From Somniosus microcephalus (taxonomy: Eukaryota), in NCBI GenBank assembly GCA_052327205.1, contig CM126228.1, forward strand, positions 42,408,001-42,472,000: DNA of 64,000 bases. Reading direction: 5' to 3'. The position numbers and the translations under genes were made by a program. This document shows positions 11,510 to 23,610 of this stretch, piece after piece (the stretch's first letter is position 1; each line of letters starts with the position of its first letter). Under the pieces are notes generated by a model that had not been told where the DNA came from, made no database searches, and worked only from the letters and a program-made list of their open reading frames with translations.

Positions 11510-12605
11510 CCAACTACAACAACAGCTTGTATTCATACAGTGCCTTTAACGCAGCAAAACGCCCCCAGGCACTGCACAGAAATGTTATTGAACAAAACTT
11601 GACACCGTGCCACACATGGAGATATTAAGACAGGTGAGAGGTAGGTTTTAAGGAGTGCCTTAGAGGAGAGAGAGGTAGAGAGGCTGAAAGGTTTAGGGAG
11701 GGAATTCCAGAGCTTATGGCCTAGGCAGTTGAAGGCATGGCTGCCAATGGTGGAGCGCTTAAAATTGGGGATGTGCAAGAGGTCAGAATTGGAAGAGCGC
11801 AGAGACCTTGGAGGGTTTTAGAGCTGGAGGAGGTTTCAGAGATAGGGAGGATCGAGGCTATGGAGGGATTTGAAAATAAGAATGCAAATTTTAAAACTGA
11901 GGCGTTGCCGGACCGGGAGCCAATGTAGATCAGTGAGCACAGGGGTGATGGGTGAACAGGACTTGGTGCGAGTTAGGACACGGGGCAGTGAGCACAGGGG
12001 TGATGGGTGAACAGGACTTGGTGCGAGTTAGGACACGGGGCAGTGAGCACAGGGGTGATGGGTGAACGGGACTTGGTGCGAGTTAGGACACGGTCAGCGA
12101 GCACAGGGGGTGATGGGGGAACGGCACTTGGTGCAAGTTAGGACACGGTCAGCGAGCACAGGGGTGATGGGTGAACGGGACTGGGTGCGAGTTAGGACAC
12201 GGGACAGCGAGCACAGGGGGTGATGGGTGAACGGCACTTGGTGCGAGTTAGGACACGGGACAGCGAGCACAGGGGTGATGGGTGAACGGCACTTGGTGCG
12301 AGTTAGGACACGGGACAGCGAGCACAGGGGTGATGGGTGAACGGGACTTGGTGCGAGTTAGGACACGGTCAGCGAGCACAGGGGGTGATGGGGGAACGGC
12401 ACTTGGTGCGAGTTAGGACACGGTCAGCGAGCACAGGGGGTGATGGGGGAACGGCACTTGGTGCGAGTTAGGACACGGGACAGCGAGCACAGGGGTGATG
12501 GGTGAACGGGACTTGGTGCGAGTTAGGATACGGGCAGCAGAGTTTTGGATGATCTCAAGTTTATGGAGGGTGCAAAGTGGGAGGCCGGCCTGGAGGGCAC
12601 TGGAA
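11510..12605 (-). mobile_element. L2 LINE 3' fragment containing an expanded minisatellite
   Basis: IQNSAARILTRTKSRSPITPVL..LHWLP and AF..LG.KLWNSLP motifs; L2 tail near 11510. Confidence 0.85.
11931..12537. repeat. Tandem minisatellite, 54-56-bp unit, about 11 copies, derived from L2 ORF2
   Basis: Unit CAG(T/C)GAGCACAGGGGTGATGGGTGAAC(A/G)G(G/C)ACTTGGTGCGAGTTAGGACACGG(GG/T/GA), starting at 11931, 11986, 12041, 12095 and onward. Confidence 0.95.
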
Positions 12606-14698
12606 GAATATTCTAACATCAATAAAGCTGGTTGAGAGATAATGACTGTTTTTGTTTATTGTACTTAAAATGTACAGGAAGCGGAGGGAAATCAGTGTTT
12701 ATAGTTGAACTTAATGGAAAAATCAATAATGAATTACAGTACTACCATTGCTGACTTCCACAATATAGGAAATCATAATTCAACCAATATGCACTTGCTT
12801 TTTATTCCATAATTTATGACATAAGAAATTAAAGTCTTCTGATGATTGTCAAGGCTGTTGATCACCAATTGGAATTTTTTTTTTTTTTTATAAAGTGCTC
12901 AAGGTTTATCCTAATGTCCTTTGGTTGATGCGCACCAAAACAAAGAGGCTAGCAGCTGGAAACGGAATGTTTTTCTTTCTTTGCACTATACATCAACACT
13001 CGCAAAGTCATAACTAGCAAATCAAAGCTTCCTCCAAATATCCCAACAATGCATCTTAGTTTAGAAGAACACGCCTCATTCAGCATGACGTTTATACCTC
13101 CCTTAGCAGCCATCCTTACGGCTTACCTGGAGAGTGTGATGGTCTACTTAATGCAAAATCTTGGTCAGTCGTGTCCTACTGATTTGTGTGCATGGGGTAC
13201 TGACTCGAGACTGGCCAAACTTTATCGTTATCTCAAGGGGGTTAGGAACATAGGAACAAGAGAAGGCCATTGAGCCCCCTGAGCCTATTCCACCATTCAA
13301 TGAGATCATGGCTGATCTGTATCTTAACTCCATCTACCTGCCTTTGGCCTATATCCTTTAATACCTTTGGTTAACAAAAATCTATCAATCTCAGATTTAA
13401 AATTAATTGATCTAGCATCAATTGCCGTTTGCGGAAGAGTTCCAAACTTCTACCCCCCTTTGTGTTTCCTAATTTCACTCCTGAAAGGTCTGGATCTAAT
13501 TTTTAGACTATGCCCCCTAGTCCTAGACTCCCCAACCAGCTGAAATAGTTTCACTCTATCTACCCTCAGTTCCCCTTAATATCTTGAAAACTTCGATCAG
13601 ATCATCCCTTAACCTTCTAAATTCTAGGGAATACAACCCTAATTTGTATAATCTCTCCTCATAATTTAATCCTTGGAGTCCGGGTATCATTCGGGTAAGC
13701 CTATGCTGCACTCCCTCCAAGGCCAATATATCCTTCCTGAGGTGTGGTGCCCAGAACTGCTCACAGTGCTCCAGGTCTAACCAGTGTTTTGTATAGTTGC
13801 AGCATAACTTCTACCCTCTTATATTCTAGTCCTCTAGATATAAAGGCCAACATTCCATTAGCCTTTTTCATTATTTTCTATACCTGTTCCTGACATTTTC
13901 ATGATCTATGTACCTGGACCTCCAAGTCTCTTTGGACCTCCACTGTTTTTAGCCTTTCACCATTTAGAAAGTACCCTGTTCGATCCTTTTTAGGTCTAAA
14001 GTGGATGATCTCACATTTGCCTACATTGAAATCCATTTGCTCCGGTTTTGCCCATTCACTTAATCTGTCACTATCCCTTTGTAATTTTATGTTTTCATCT
14101 ACACTGCCTACAATGCCGCCTATCTTTGTCATTGGCAAATTTGGATATATGGCTTTCTATGCCATCATTTAAGTCATTAATAAATACTGTGAATAGTTGA
14201 GGTCCCAACACAGATCCCTGCGGGACACCACTAGTTACATCCTGCTAATTATGAGTAACTACTCATTATCTATTTCCTGCCGCTCAGCCAATTTCCTAAC
14301 CAGGTCAATAATTTGCCTTCAATTCCATGGGCTTCTACTTTAGTTAACAATCTCTTTTGTGGGACTTTATCAAATGCCTTCTGGAAGTCCATATAAATAA
14401 CATCCATAGACATTCCCCTGTCCACTACTTTAGTCAGCTCCTCAAAAAATTCAATCAGGTTTGTCAGGCATGACCTACCTTTAACAAATCCACGCTGGCT
14501 CTCTGAAAACTTTTGAGGTGTTCAGTCACCCTATCCTCAATTATAGACTCTAGTAATTTCCCAGCAACAGGTGTTAGGCTAACTGGTCTAAAATTTCCTG
14601 GTTTCCCTCTCCCGCCATTCTTAAATAGCGGAGTGACATGCGCAATTTTCCGATCTAAAAGAATGGTTCCTGAATCGAGAGAACTCTGGAAGATTATA

Positions 14699-15249
14699 TA
14701 ATAGCAAAATACTGTGGATGCTGGAAATCTGAAATAACAACAGAAAATGCTGGAAATACTCAGCAGGCCAGGCAACATCCGTGGAGAGAGAAACAGAGTT
14801 AACGTTTCAGGTCTGGGACCCTTCATCAGAACTGGAAAAGGCTGGAAATGTAACAGATATTAAGCAGGTACAGAGACGGGGGTGGGGGGGGGGGGTTAGG
14901 AGGGGAGGAAGGAATTGAAAGAACATACTGTGAAAATGTTGCAAATGGGAATGGCAAAATCATACTGCATGAAAAATGGGGGCAGGGATTATGATCTGAA
15001 ATTGTTGAACTCAATGTTGAGTCCGGAAGGCTGTAAAGTGCCTATTACATTGTTCCAATGAAGTTCAACGTAAGCTCGAGGAACAGCACCTCATCTCCCG
15101 ATTAGGCCCTCCAAATTCGGGATTTTCAGCCCCCGCCCGCCTGAAACCCCGCCCGACGGCTGGGGGAAAATTGGAGCCGTTAACTCTGTTTCTCTCTCCA
15201 CAGATGCTGCCTGGCCTGCTGAGTATTTCCAGCATTTTCTGTTGTTATT
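14699..15249 (-). mobile_element. Penelope-like element (Poseidon type) truncated insertion with an inverted pLTR piece
   Basis: 14-bp TSD TCTGGAAGATTATA at 14685-14698 and 15250-15263. GIY-YIG C-terminus LQPSGLNIEFNNFR on the minus strand; the preceding QRKLEEQHLISRLG is inverted on the plus strand (about 15046-15107). pLTR at about 14700-14835 and an inverted partial copy at 15178-15249. Confidence 0.88.
14797..14833 (-). ncRNA. Minimal type I hammerhead ribozyme in the Penelope pLTR
   Basis: Minus strand reads AGTT-CTGATGA-AGGGTC CCA GACCT-GAAA-CGTT-AACT: stem I AGTT/AACT, CUGAUGA and GAAA core, palindromic stem III ACGT, predicted GUU cleavage triplet. Confidence 0.8.
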
Positions 15250-15669
15250 TCTGGAAGATTATAGTTCGGGCATCTACAATGTGCTCACCTACTTCCTTTA
15301 AAACGCTGGGATGGAAACCATCTGGTCCTGGGGATTTGTCACTTTTTAGTGCCATTATTTTCTTCATCACTGTTACTTTACTTACATTCATTTTATTGAG
15401 TTCCTGTCCCTGATTCAATATTAGTTTCCTTGGGATTTCCAGCATACTATCCTCTTCCTCTACTGTAAATACTGATGCAAAGTAATTATTCAACATGTCC
15501 ACCATTCCCTTACTATTATTAACAATATCACGGATATCAGTTTTTAAGGGGCCAACATTGCTCCTGACTATCCTCTTTTTCCTAATCTAATTGTAGAAAT
15601 TGTGTTGATTTTGATATCCCTTGCAAGTTTCTTTTTATACTCCCTTTTTGTAGCTGTAAAAGCATTGCC

Positions 15670-17020
15670 CGAACAGGGTTGAAATACAAAGGGAAGGAAG
15701 CGATGCTTCAGTTGTACAGAGCCTTGCTTAGACCCCATCTGGAGCACTGCGTTCAGTTTTGAACAAGGATATATTGGCCTTGGAGGGGGTGCAGAACAGA
15801 TTCACCAGAATGATATGGGGGCTTAAAGGGTTAAATTATGAGGACAGGTTGCATAAACTTGGGTTGTACTCCCTTGAGTTTAGAAGGTTGAAGGGTGATC
15901 TGACTGAGGTGTTTAAAATTATAAAAGGGTTCGATAGAGTAGATACAGAGAAGCTATTTCCTTCGATGGGGGAATCCAGAACAAGGGGACAGTGAGCTGG
16001 ATCTAGCTCTCAGCAGTGAACGAACAGCAGCAGCCATTCATTACGCTTACCCACAGACTTTCTCTGTGATTTTGCACTGGAACTTACTGTGATTAGAGAG
16101 CCATTTTGGCACAGCACCCCTACAGGGGATCTGGGAACTGTGAAAACTGGGAAAGCAACTGTGCATCTCCTTAACCAATCAGATTGAAGAATCATTAATG
16201 AGGAGCGCAGAATCTGAACCAGGAAATGCAACTTAAAATATTCAATTCAATGTCAAATCAGGCACAGAAAGTGAAATAAAGAGAGGGAAAGAAAGATGGG
16301 ATTAAGGGGCAGAGAAAAAGTAAAAAATATATATATTTTAAATTTAAAAAAAAAATCTCCAACAATAATTAAAATCTGAAGGAAAGAGACTCCACAATTG
16401 TAAAAGTTAATGTGCAGTACCATGTTAATGTTTGGCAGTAATCAAGACTTATCACACCGTTAAAAATTTACTTACTGGAATGGACAAGCCTTAACTTTTT
16501 CTGGCGAGTTTAGTGGGCGCCTATCGCGTAAGTACCACAACTTCATGGCGTTCCAATGCAGAGTCTCTCGGTGAGATATCAGTGTAGCAAAGCTTCTGGA
16601 GGAGCAGGGCAACTCGGACAGCAACTTCCCGATTTCCACGTTTAACTGCGCATGTGTGGTCGCTGGAAGTTGCTGTCGGATTTACCCTTTAATAACGGTG
16701 AGCGCTGTTAGCCTCACCATTATTTCTACAGCAAAATCTAGCCCATAATCTTAAAATTAGAGCTAGGCCTTTCAGAAGTGAAATCAGGAAGCATTTTTTT
16801 CCACACAATGGATAGTGGAAATGTGGAATTCTTTCCCCCAAAAGGCTGCGGATGCTGGGTCAATTAAAATTTTTAAGATTGAGATTGATAGATTTTTTTT
16901 TATTAGGTAAGGGTATCAAGTGCTATGGATCAAATGCAGGTAAACGGAGTTGAGGTAGATCAGTCACGATCCAACTGAATGGCAGAACAGGCTCAAGGGA
17001 CTGAATGGACTATACTTTTT
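15670..17020 (+). mobile_element. CR1 3' fragment split by a MITE
   Basis: LEGVQNRFTRMI, LYSLEFRRLKGDL, ESRTRG motifs; resumes at 16745 with ATAATCTTAAAATTAGAGC and the CR1 3' UTR. Confidence 0.88.
15994..16744. mobile_element. Harbinger-type MITE (family B, degenerate left TIR)
   Basis: Right end AGCAAAATCTAGCCC, left end GAGCTGGATCTAGCT. Interrupts an otherwise contiguous CR1 sequence. Internal palindrome at about 16615-16680. Confidence 0.7.
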
Positions 17021-17077
17021 TCTTTAAGGCCATCGTTAAATGAACGCTGTTACATAAATTCCCACTTTCAGTTAATA

Positions 17078-17748
17078 CAGGTAGACTATCCTTTATCCGC
17101 ACTTCCGAAAACCGAAAACCTCTAAAAACCGAAAGTTTTTTCGTGGAGCGTAAGTCGTGCGCATGACATGACCCGAGTGGCGCCAAACATGACAGGAGTG
17201 GTCCGGCAGCTCTGCCTTTCCCTGTGAACAGGGCAGAGGGTCACAGAGTTCCCTCCTGGGTAGGAGATTGCAGGCCGAGCCGGGCAGTGTGAAGGAGGTA
17301 CCGGGAGAATGAACCCAACAATACAGCGGCCCGTCCGATAGCTGCAGCGGCCCGTCCTATAGTCTTTTCTCCCCCCCCGCCCCCCGACCTGATTTGTGGT
17401 CCGGCTTTCCAACAACTGGCGGCGGCAGTCGAGCCCCAGACCCCCGCTAAGTCAAGGAATTCAGATACGGAGCAGGGGGAGCCGGAAACCTCGATCTAAC
17501 GGCAGAAATCAGCAGCCGTTTTGTTAGTTTTTTTTTCTTCCCCTAGCATTTTTTAAAACAGTCAGGCTGTGGAAAGAGTCTCTGTAGCTTAGCAACAACT
17601 TCAGAGACGCTTCCAAGGCAGGGCCCAAGTGTTTACAAGCTGTTGCTAAGCAACAGTGTTTGTTGTCAAAACCTTCTGAAATCCGAAAAATTCCGAAAAC
17701 CGAAACACATCTGGTCCCAAGGTTTTCGGATAAAGGATAGTCTACCTG
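17078..17748. mobile_element. Tc1/mariner (Tigger-like) MITE
   Basis: Perfect 22-bp TIR CAGGTAGACTATCCTTTATCCG; TA TSD at 17076-17077 and 17749-17750; subterminal CCGAAAA repeats. Confidence 0.92.
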
Positions 17749-19187
17749 TACCAAGGCTCCACGAAGCACTGAAAGCTTGCACTGTCAAATGACTGAGTCC
17801 ACATACACAGTAGCACCCTTTGTAAATGCCATATGGGCAATTTCTGTTAACATTAATTATACCAAGCACTAAACTGATAACATATTAAGTGTTTGGTGAT
17901 GTGACAAAACACTCCATTTTTTAAGCCTCTCCTTCTAAAGGAAGTGAAATGACAGTAGTCAATAGGAATTAAATGATTAAAAAAGACAACAGCTGCAATT
18001 TACAACACCCAAGAGTGCTGTCCCTTACAGGTCCTCCTGTGCAGTCTTAAATGGGAAAAGGATACGAGCCAGAAACCAACCTTTCAGAGTTCAAGAGCCA
18101 GGTTGTGTGCTATCTGCTAAGTAAGGGGTTAATCTCACACTCATCAACTATCTAACGTCCAACCTCCTTGGCAAAGGAGGGAAGTGTTTGGGGGCAAGTG
18201 GGCACCAAGATGGCACGTCTGGAAATAGAAACTATTGATGATAAGCCAACCATCTCTGGCCATTGATGGTACCTGTCGGAATAGACCTATCATTGGTGAC
18301 TGTGATTTTTTGGTAGTTCGTTTTGAACCATTTAAGCTTGGTGGTGGGCTTTCTCGTATACTAGGTCATGGCTAACAAAAAACAGTGGCCATATCAATGC
18401 TTAGGGAAAGATCTAATAATTAATTTTTTCCTGCTGAATAAAGTGTCAAGAGAATGACCATCTTTTCTCCCACTGAATGTTCCAAATCAGCCTTGCTAAA
18501 AGAATAAACAGGCAAAAGCAAAAGTGTACAAAAACCTGTGTCAGGAGACTAACAGATCATTTAATCGGAATGAGGTTAGCTTGTCTTGCCAAAAACTGGA
18601 CTGATCTCCTCTGTTTGAGGAGTCCCTTTGGCAACTGGTTCCTGCCTTTGCTAAGGGTGTGCACCATTTCATCCTGCATTCCTGTGAGGTGCTGCTGACA
18701 GAGTTAGACCAGCCATCCAACACCAATGCCAGATGTGTATGACATCAAGACGAAGAGACAAGGATTGAATCTTGCTTGTTGCCAGCCCAAAGCCGATCTC
18801 AGACAGTGGAGAATGTGTATGGAGTTCAATGTGGAGAAATTTTATGAAAAGCTTTCTATAGGCTAACATCATCAGGCCTAAGATGCTGAACCCATATAAT
18901 TGAGCTAGGTCTGGCTGCACATAGCAACAATGCTGTTTTCACATTACTGGTCTGAACAGACCTTTCTCGTTCAGTAGGAAAAATCTGTCAGCCAGGTATG
19001 AAAGTTGCAAGGTAGATTCAACTGGCAGAGAACCAACCAAGTTAGGCCAACGTAGGCCAAAATGTGAGTTGGCGTAGATAAAGTAATGTTAGAAAAAAGC
19101 TATACAAACCTCTTATAAAAAGTAATAAACTCACAAAAGAAGCTAAATTGATTGCAGGAATACTAACAAAAAATGTGTATTATAATA

Positions 19188-19975
19188 TACATAGAAACAT
19201 AGAAGATAGGAGGAGTAGGCCATTCGGCCCCTCGAGCCTGTTCCGCCATTCAATGAGATCATGGCTGATCGTCCAAATTCAGTACCCTGTCCCTGCCTTC
19301 TCTCCATATCCCTTGATCCCTTTAGCCTTAAGAAATATATCCAACTCCTTCTTGAATATATTTAATGAATTGGCCTCTACTGCCTTCTGTGGTAGAGAAT
19401 TCCACAGGTTCACCACTCTCTGGGTGAAGAAATTCCTCCTCATCTCTGTCCTAAATGGCTTACCCCTTATCCTTGGACTGTGACCCCTGGTTCTGGACTC
19501 CCCGACCATCGGGAACATCCTTCCAGCATCTAGTCTGTCTAGTCCTGTTAGAATTTTATAAGTTTCGATGAGATCCCCTCTCATTCTTCTAAACTCCAGC
19601 GAGTACAAGCCCAATCGACCCAATCTCTCCTCATGTGTCATTCCTGCCATCCCAGGTATCAGCCTGGTGAATCTTCGCTGCACTCCTTCCATGGCAAGAA
19701 CATCCTTCCTCAGATAAGGCAACCAAAACTGCACACAATACTCCAGATGTGGTCTCACCAAGGCCCTGTACAACTGCAGCAAGACATCCTTGTTCCTGTA
19801 CTCAAACCCTCTCGCTACGAAGGCCAACATACCATTTGCCTTCTTAACCGCCTGCTGCACCTGCATGCTCACCTTCAGCAACTGGTGCACAAGGGCGCCC
19901 AGGTCTCGTTGCACTTCCCCTTCTCCCAATCTATTGCCATTCAGATAATAATTTGCCTTCCTGTTTTTGACACCA
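19188..19975 (-). mobile_element. Young CR1 3' fragment with an open ORF2 C-terminus
   Basis: ORF 19279-20019 (RDLG..LYRALVRPHLEYCVQFW..RRNFFTQRVVNLWNSLP); (TTCTATGT)n tail; same subfamily as 38974-41700 and 55458-58350. Confidence 0.95.
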
Positions 19976-20201
19976 ATACCTATTATATACAATATATTAT
20001 TGTACATCCACACATACACAATGGAAAGGGGGAATGTCCCCAGACCACACGTGATGTAAATTTCTTAAAGCAACAGTATTCCAAAGCTGATTTTCTCGTG
20101 AAATTCCCAAAGTTGCTGCTTTTAGGTAAAAGATGAAGAAATAAGGAAGAATTATTTCAATGGCTGCAACTGACATGCCCCGATTGGTTAAATTAATGTA
20201 A

Positions 20202-20490
20202 GCCTCGGGTGACTGTCTGTGTGGAGTTTGCACATTCTCCCCGTGTTTGCGTGGGTTTCCTCCGGGTGCTCCGGTTTCCTCCCACAGTCCAAAGATGTGC
20301 GGGTTAGGTTGATTGGCTATGATAAATTGACCCTTAGTGTTAGGGGGATTAAATACGTGGGGTTACGGGGATAGGGTGGGATATGTGTTGGTGTAGGGGT
20401 TACGGGGATCGGGTGGGATATGTGTCGGTGCAGGCTCGATGGGCCGAAATGGCCTCTATCTGCACTGTGGGGTTTCTGTGATTCTGTGAA
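20202..20490 (+). mobile_element. 5'-truncated V-SINE (HE1-like)
   Basis: V-domain TGTGTGGAGTTTGCACATTCTCCCCGTG..GGGTTTCCTCCGGGTGCTCCGGTTTCCTCCCAC and CR1-type tail GGCTCGATGGGCCGAAATGGCCT. Confidence 0.88.
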
Positions 20491-20529
20491 TGTGAATGTG
20501 TGACGTATCTGAGATGCTCTTAAATTTAC

Positions 20530-20629
20530 CTGAATGGTTGTCCTGCTCGCCCAGGTTGGAATGAACCTCCTTGTGAGTAGATCTGTTGGTTTCCTGCGGC
20601 TGATGTTGTAGACATTGTCTTCTTTTCAC
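20530..20629 (-). CDS. ARNT2: ARNT2 coding exon: (G)EKKTMSTTSAAGNQQIYSQGGSFQPGRAGQPF(S)
   Basis: 100 nt; acceptor acacAG, donor GTaaat; phase 1 in, phase 2 out. Matches the ARNT2 EKK..SAAG.QQIYSQG motif. Confidence 0.92.
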
Positions 20630-21709
20630 CTGTGTTTAAAAAATCATTAGGACAACCACTGAATTGACAAAGTCGCTGATGGACTCTTTAGATCATGTAA
20701 CACAGAGCATAGTTCATGTAACACAGAGCATAGTTTTAAGGAAGTTTTTGTCACACGGCAACCAAAGCAGCATTGTGAAATCTATGTTTGACAACAAACT
20801 TCAACGGTTCACCTCTGCTGGAAAACAAAGACAAGCACATTGCAAAGTTCCAAATGTAAAGCAAAACCTATTTTTAAGTAATATGGCAAATTTGCTATGT
20901 TGTAAAAGTAGCAATATTAGAGTCTGCGTGTCCAGTTTTAAGGTACATAGGAGAGGTATAATTTTGGTTGAATAAATATTGTAATCATTTCATTTGAGTA
21001 TGTGATTATTTTTTGTGAATTTTAAGCTTGTTGAATCGCAGTCAATAAAACAATCACAGATGTTTAATAGTTTACCTTCTTCACTGACAGTACACGAGGT
21101 CATTCCGGACAGCTCTAACATAGTAACAGCACTAACCACTGGTTGTAACCACTGGTTACTGCAAGAATTCCACTGGGAACAAACAGTGTGGAATAGATCC
21201 TTCTTCCCACATTCTAAGAAGGTATTAGTCTTTGAAATTCACTGCATACACTGAAAATGTGCCTAAGACAACAAGCGGGTGTGATCTTGGCATATCATTC
21301 TATCTATATACTTCAGGCATAATGGCCAAGCACTCATAGTTTCATTTGTTTGATAGTAACAAAGATATAGAGCTGCATAAACAGGAGTGCAGCATAGGTA
21401 GAAAGTATTAATGCTTCTCCATGTTTAGCACTGTTGTAGCGATTGCTCCTGTCCAAAAATGGGTTCAAGAAAATTAACATGTGCATTGTTAAAGGCCAAT
21501 CATAAACAACTTGTGCAAAATTACCTTGGGGGGGGGGGGCGGTTTAGGGAAGTGACATTATTGAGTTTAAAGAATGGAAAGATCTTGAACTAGTGAGCAT
21601 TTAAAGCACAGAATGGAATAGAATGAAAGGCTTTCTCACCGAGTTGGAATGGTAAAAATAGTTTCACACAGCACCATCAGCCACTTTCCCTTTCAAATTC
21701 AGATTCCAG

Positions 21710-22532
21710 GGGCTGGATTTTCATTCAGGAGTCGGGTAGGAGGCGGGACTACAACTTTCGGGGTTGTAGTCCCGCCTCCATTGAGATGTGGCCAATCCAC
21801 GCGATTGTAACTTGTTGAGCCCGCCCAGCGGGCTCAGCAGGCCAATTAAGGGCCACCCAACAACAGGTGATGCCACAGACTTAAATTTCATCTGTCAAGA
21901 GGTTTTGACAGATGAAATATCAGCGTTTCACAGCTGCTTGAAGCTGTCAAACACTGAGTCTTACTTCTAACCTGAGTCCTTCTCCACAGACTCAGTTAGA
22001 AATCTCTCCTGCACAGAAAGCTGAAGGCTGTCACTTTCGACAGTTCGCAGCCATTCTGCTTTCTGTGCCGGTGAGATGAGGGACTCCCGAGACCTAAAGG
22101 AAGGAAGGCTGAAAAGGTATGAAAAGGTAATTTAAACTTCTTTAAACACTTTAGACACACCAAACACACTTACCTTTGCACACATCACTTGTCTGAACAC
22201 CGACATCTCGACCCCTCCAAGTCCTTCTTCCCGACGGTCCGCCTCCTCTAACTTGGTGTGGTTTGGAGCCGTCGGGAATCCCACACTTCAGCATTAAAAA
22301 TAGGGATTAGGCTAAAAACTGCCTGTTAACTACCTGTTAACAGGCAGTTAATTGGCACTAATCCCTTCCCGCCTCAGGTAGGCGGGTCCCAGTGCGGGGC
22401 GGGTACCCGACTCCTTTGAAACTGGCATGGAGGTGGGTTGGGTGCGGGATGGGGTCGGGACCCCTAATTTCGGGATTTTAACCCCCCACATGCCTCCAAT
22501 CCCGACTCCACGGCCCAATGAAAATCCTGCCC
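21710..22532 (+). mobile_element. PIF/Harbinger-type MITE family A, intact copy 2
   Basis: TIRs GGGCTGGATTTTCATT / AATGAAAATCCTGCCC; 3-bp TSD CAG at 21707-21709 and 22533-22535; several internal hairpins. Confidence 0.9.
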
Positions 22533-22719
22533 CAGGTGTGCAGACCACACCAGCTGCGCAGTGAAGGACAGGATTTTGGGCTGAGGTGATGCCACGTCTG
22601 TGGCTGAGTCAGGACTAAAAATCTCACACCTAGAATTTGCTGTCAGAATCAACAGTCCTGTCTTGCGGAGAGAAGATGCATGCAGTCTGAGGGAGGGGGG
22701 GAGAGGGATAGGAGCAAGG

Positions 22720-23610
22720 TACAAGAACATAAGAAAAGCCAAGGATTAGGAAAGGCCATTTGGCCTTTCAAATCTCACCCCTCTGGTAGCTTAATAGGAT
22801 CCAGCTCCATTTTAAATTTTCCTAATGCTACTAGCCCACGTTGTAGATTGTTCTAAACACGTACATATTTTCAACATAGAAATTCTTCCTAATATCAGGC
22901 TCAAAACTCACTTTCAATAATTTAACTACTGTCGCTACTTCCCTGCATTGTGAAGTAAAATTCTGACTGCTGATATTTTGTGTATGTAGCCACACTCTTT
23001 TTAGATTGTCGAGCTCAGGCTTCTGTACACGTTCCTCATAACCCCCTGCCTTTACACTTGGGAGCAGTCTTGTTGCATTTCTCTTCAATGCTGGACATGT
23101 TTTTTGTGGCTTGATGACCAGAATTGAGCACAATACCTCAGTGGGGAAGACTTCCTTTGTATGGTGTGCAGCCAAATGGTACAAAATATTTATAAAGGGC
23201 GTGTTCATGGTTGCGCTACACACAACAGAAACCATCTCCTCTAGTGTGCATGCACCAGTGCTCTACTGCGCTGGCTACATAACCCAATATTCTATTTGCT
23301 GCTTTTTCCTTTGTCACAAGTCCATATATTGAAAGTTAACAAGTCCGCTCTGAGGCCCCTTTCCAAGTCTCCGTGATAATTCAGTTCTATTAACTGTATC
23401 GTTATATCGCACATTCTTTTGACCAGTGTGCCACTATTTTACATTCATCAGTGCTGAATATCATTTGTCATTTCTCTTCACAATTACATGAAATATCTAA
23501 TACCTCTGTAAATCTTTTCCTTTTTCTCAACCATTCTGAGCCAATCTCATGCTCTACCTTGGATTCCTCTGTCTTTTAGTTTAACTAGGAGACTTTTATT
23601 TGGGATTTTA
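22720..23610 (-). mobile_element. Ancient, highly decayed CR1 3' fragment
   Basis: Tail AAGAACATAAGAA..AGGCCATTTGGCC and traces such as ALKRNATRLLPSVK..YEER. Confidence 0.6.

Larger units (their letters stand above)
13243..15655 (-). mobile_element. 5'-truncated CR1 LINE (decayed), interrupted by a Penelope insertion
   Basis: 3' tail near 13243; KSDKSPGPDGFHP, VTPLFKNG and NFRPVSLT motifs. Confidence 0.92.

Noticed and set aside
11931-12537. Regular repeat array as a CRISPR-like locus
   Set aside because: Head-to-tail units with no unique spacers, derived from L2, in a vertebrate genome.
13120-13240. Minus-strand donor-like CAG|GTAAGC as an extra ARNT2 exon
   Set aside because: All three frames contain stops shortly upstream, and the four identified exons already join in frame.
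20693-20735. 21-bp tandem duplication near an ARNT2 acceptor
   Set aside because: Ordinary slippage duplication outside the splice signals.
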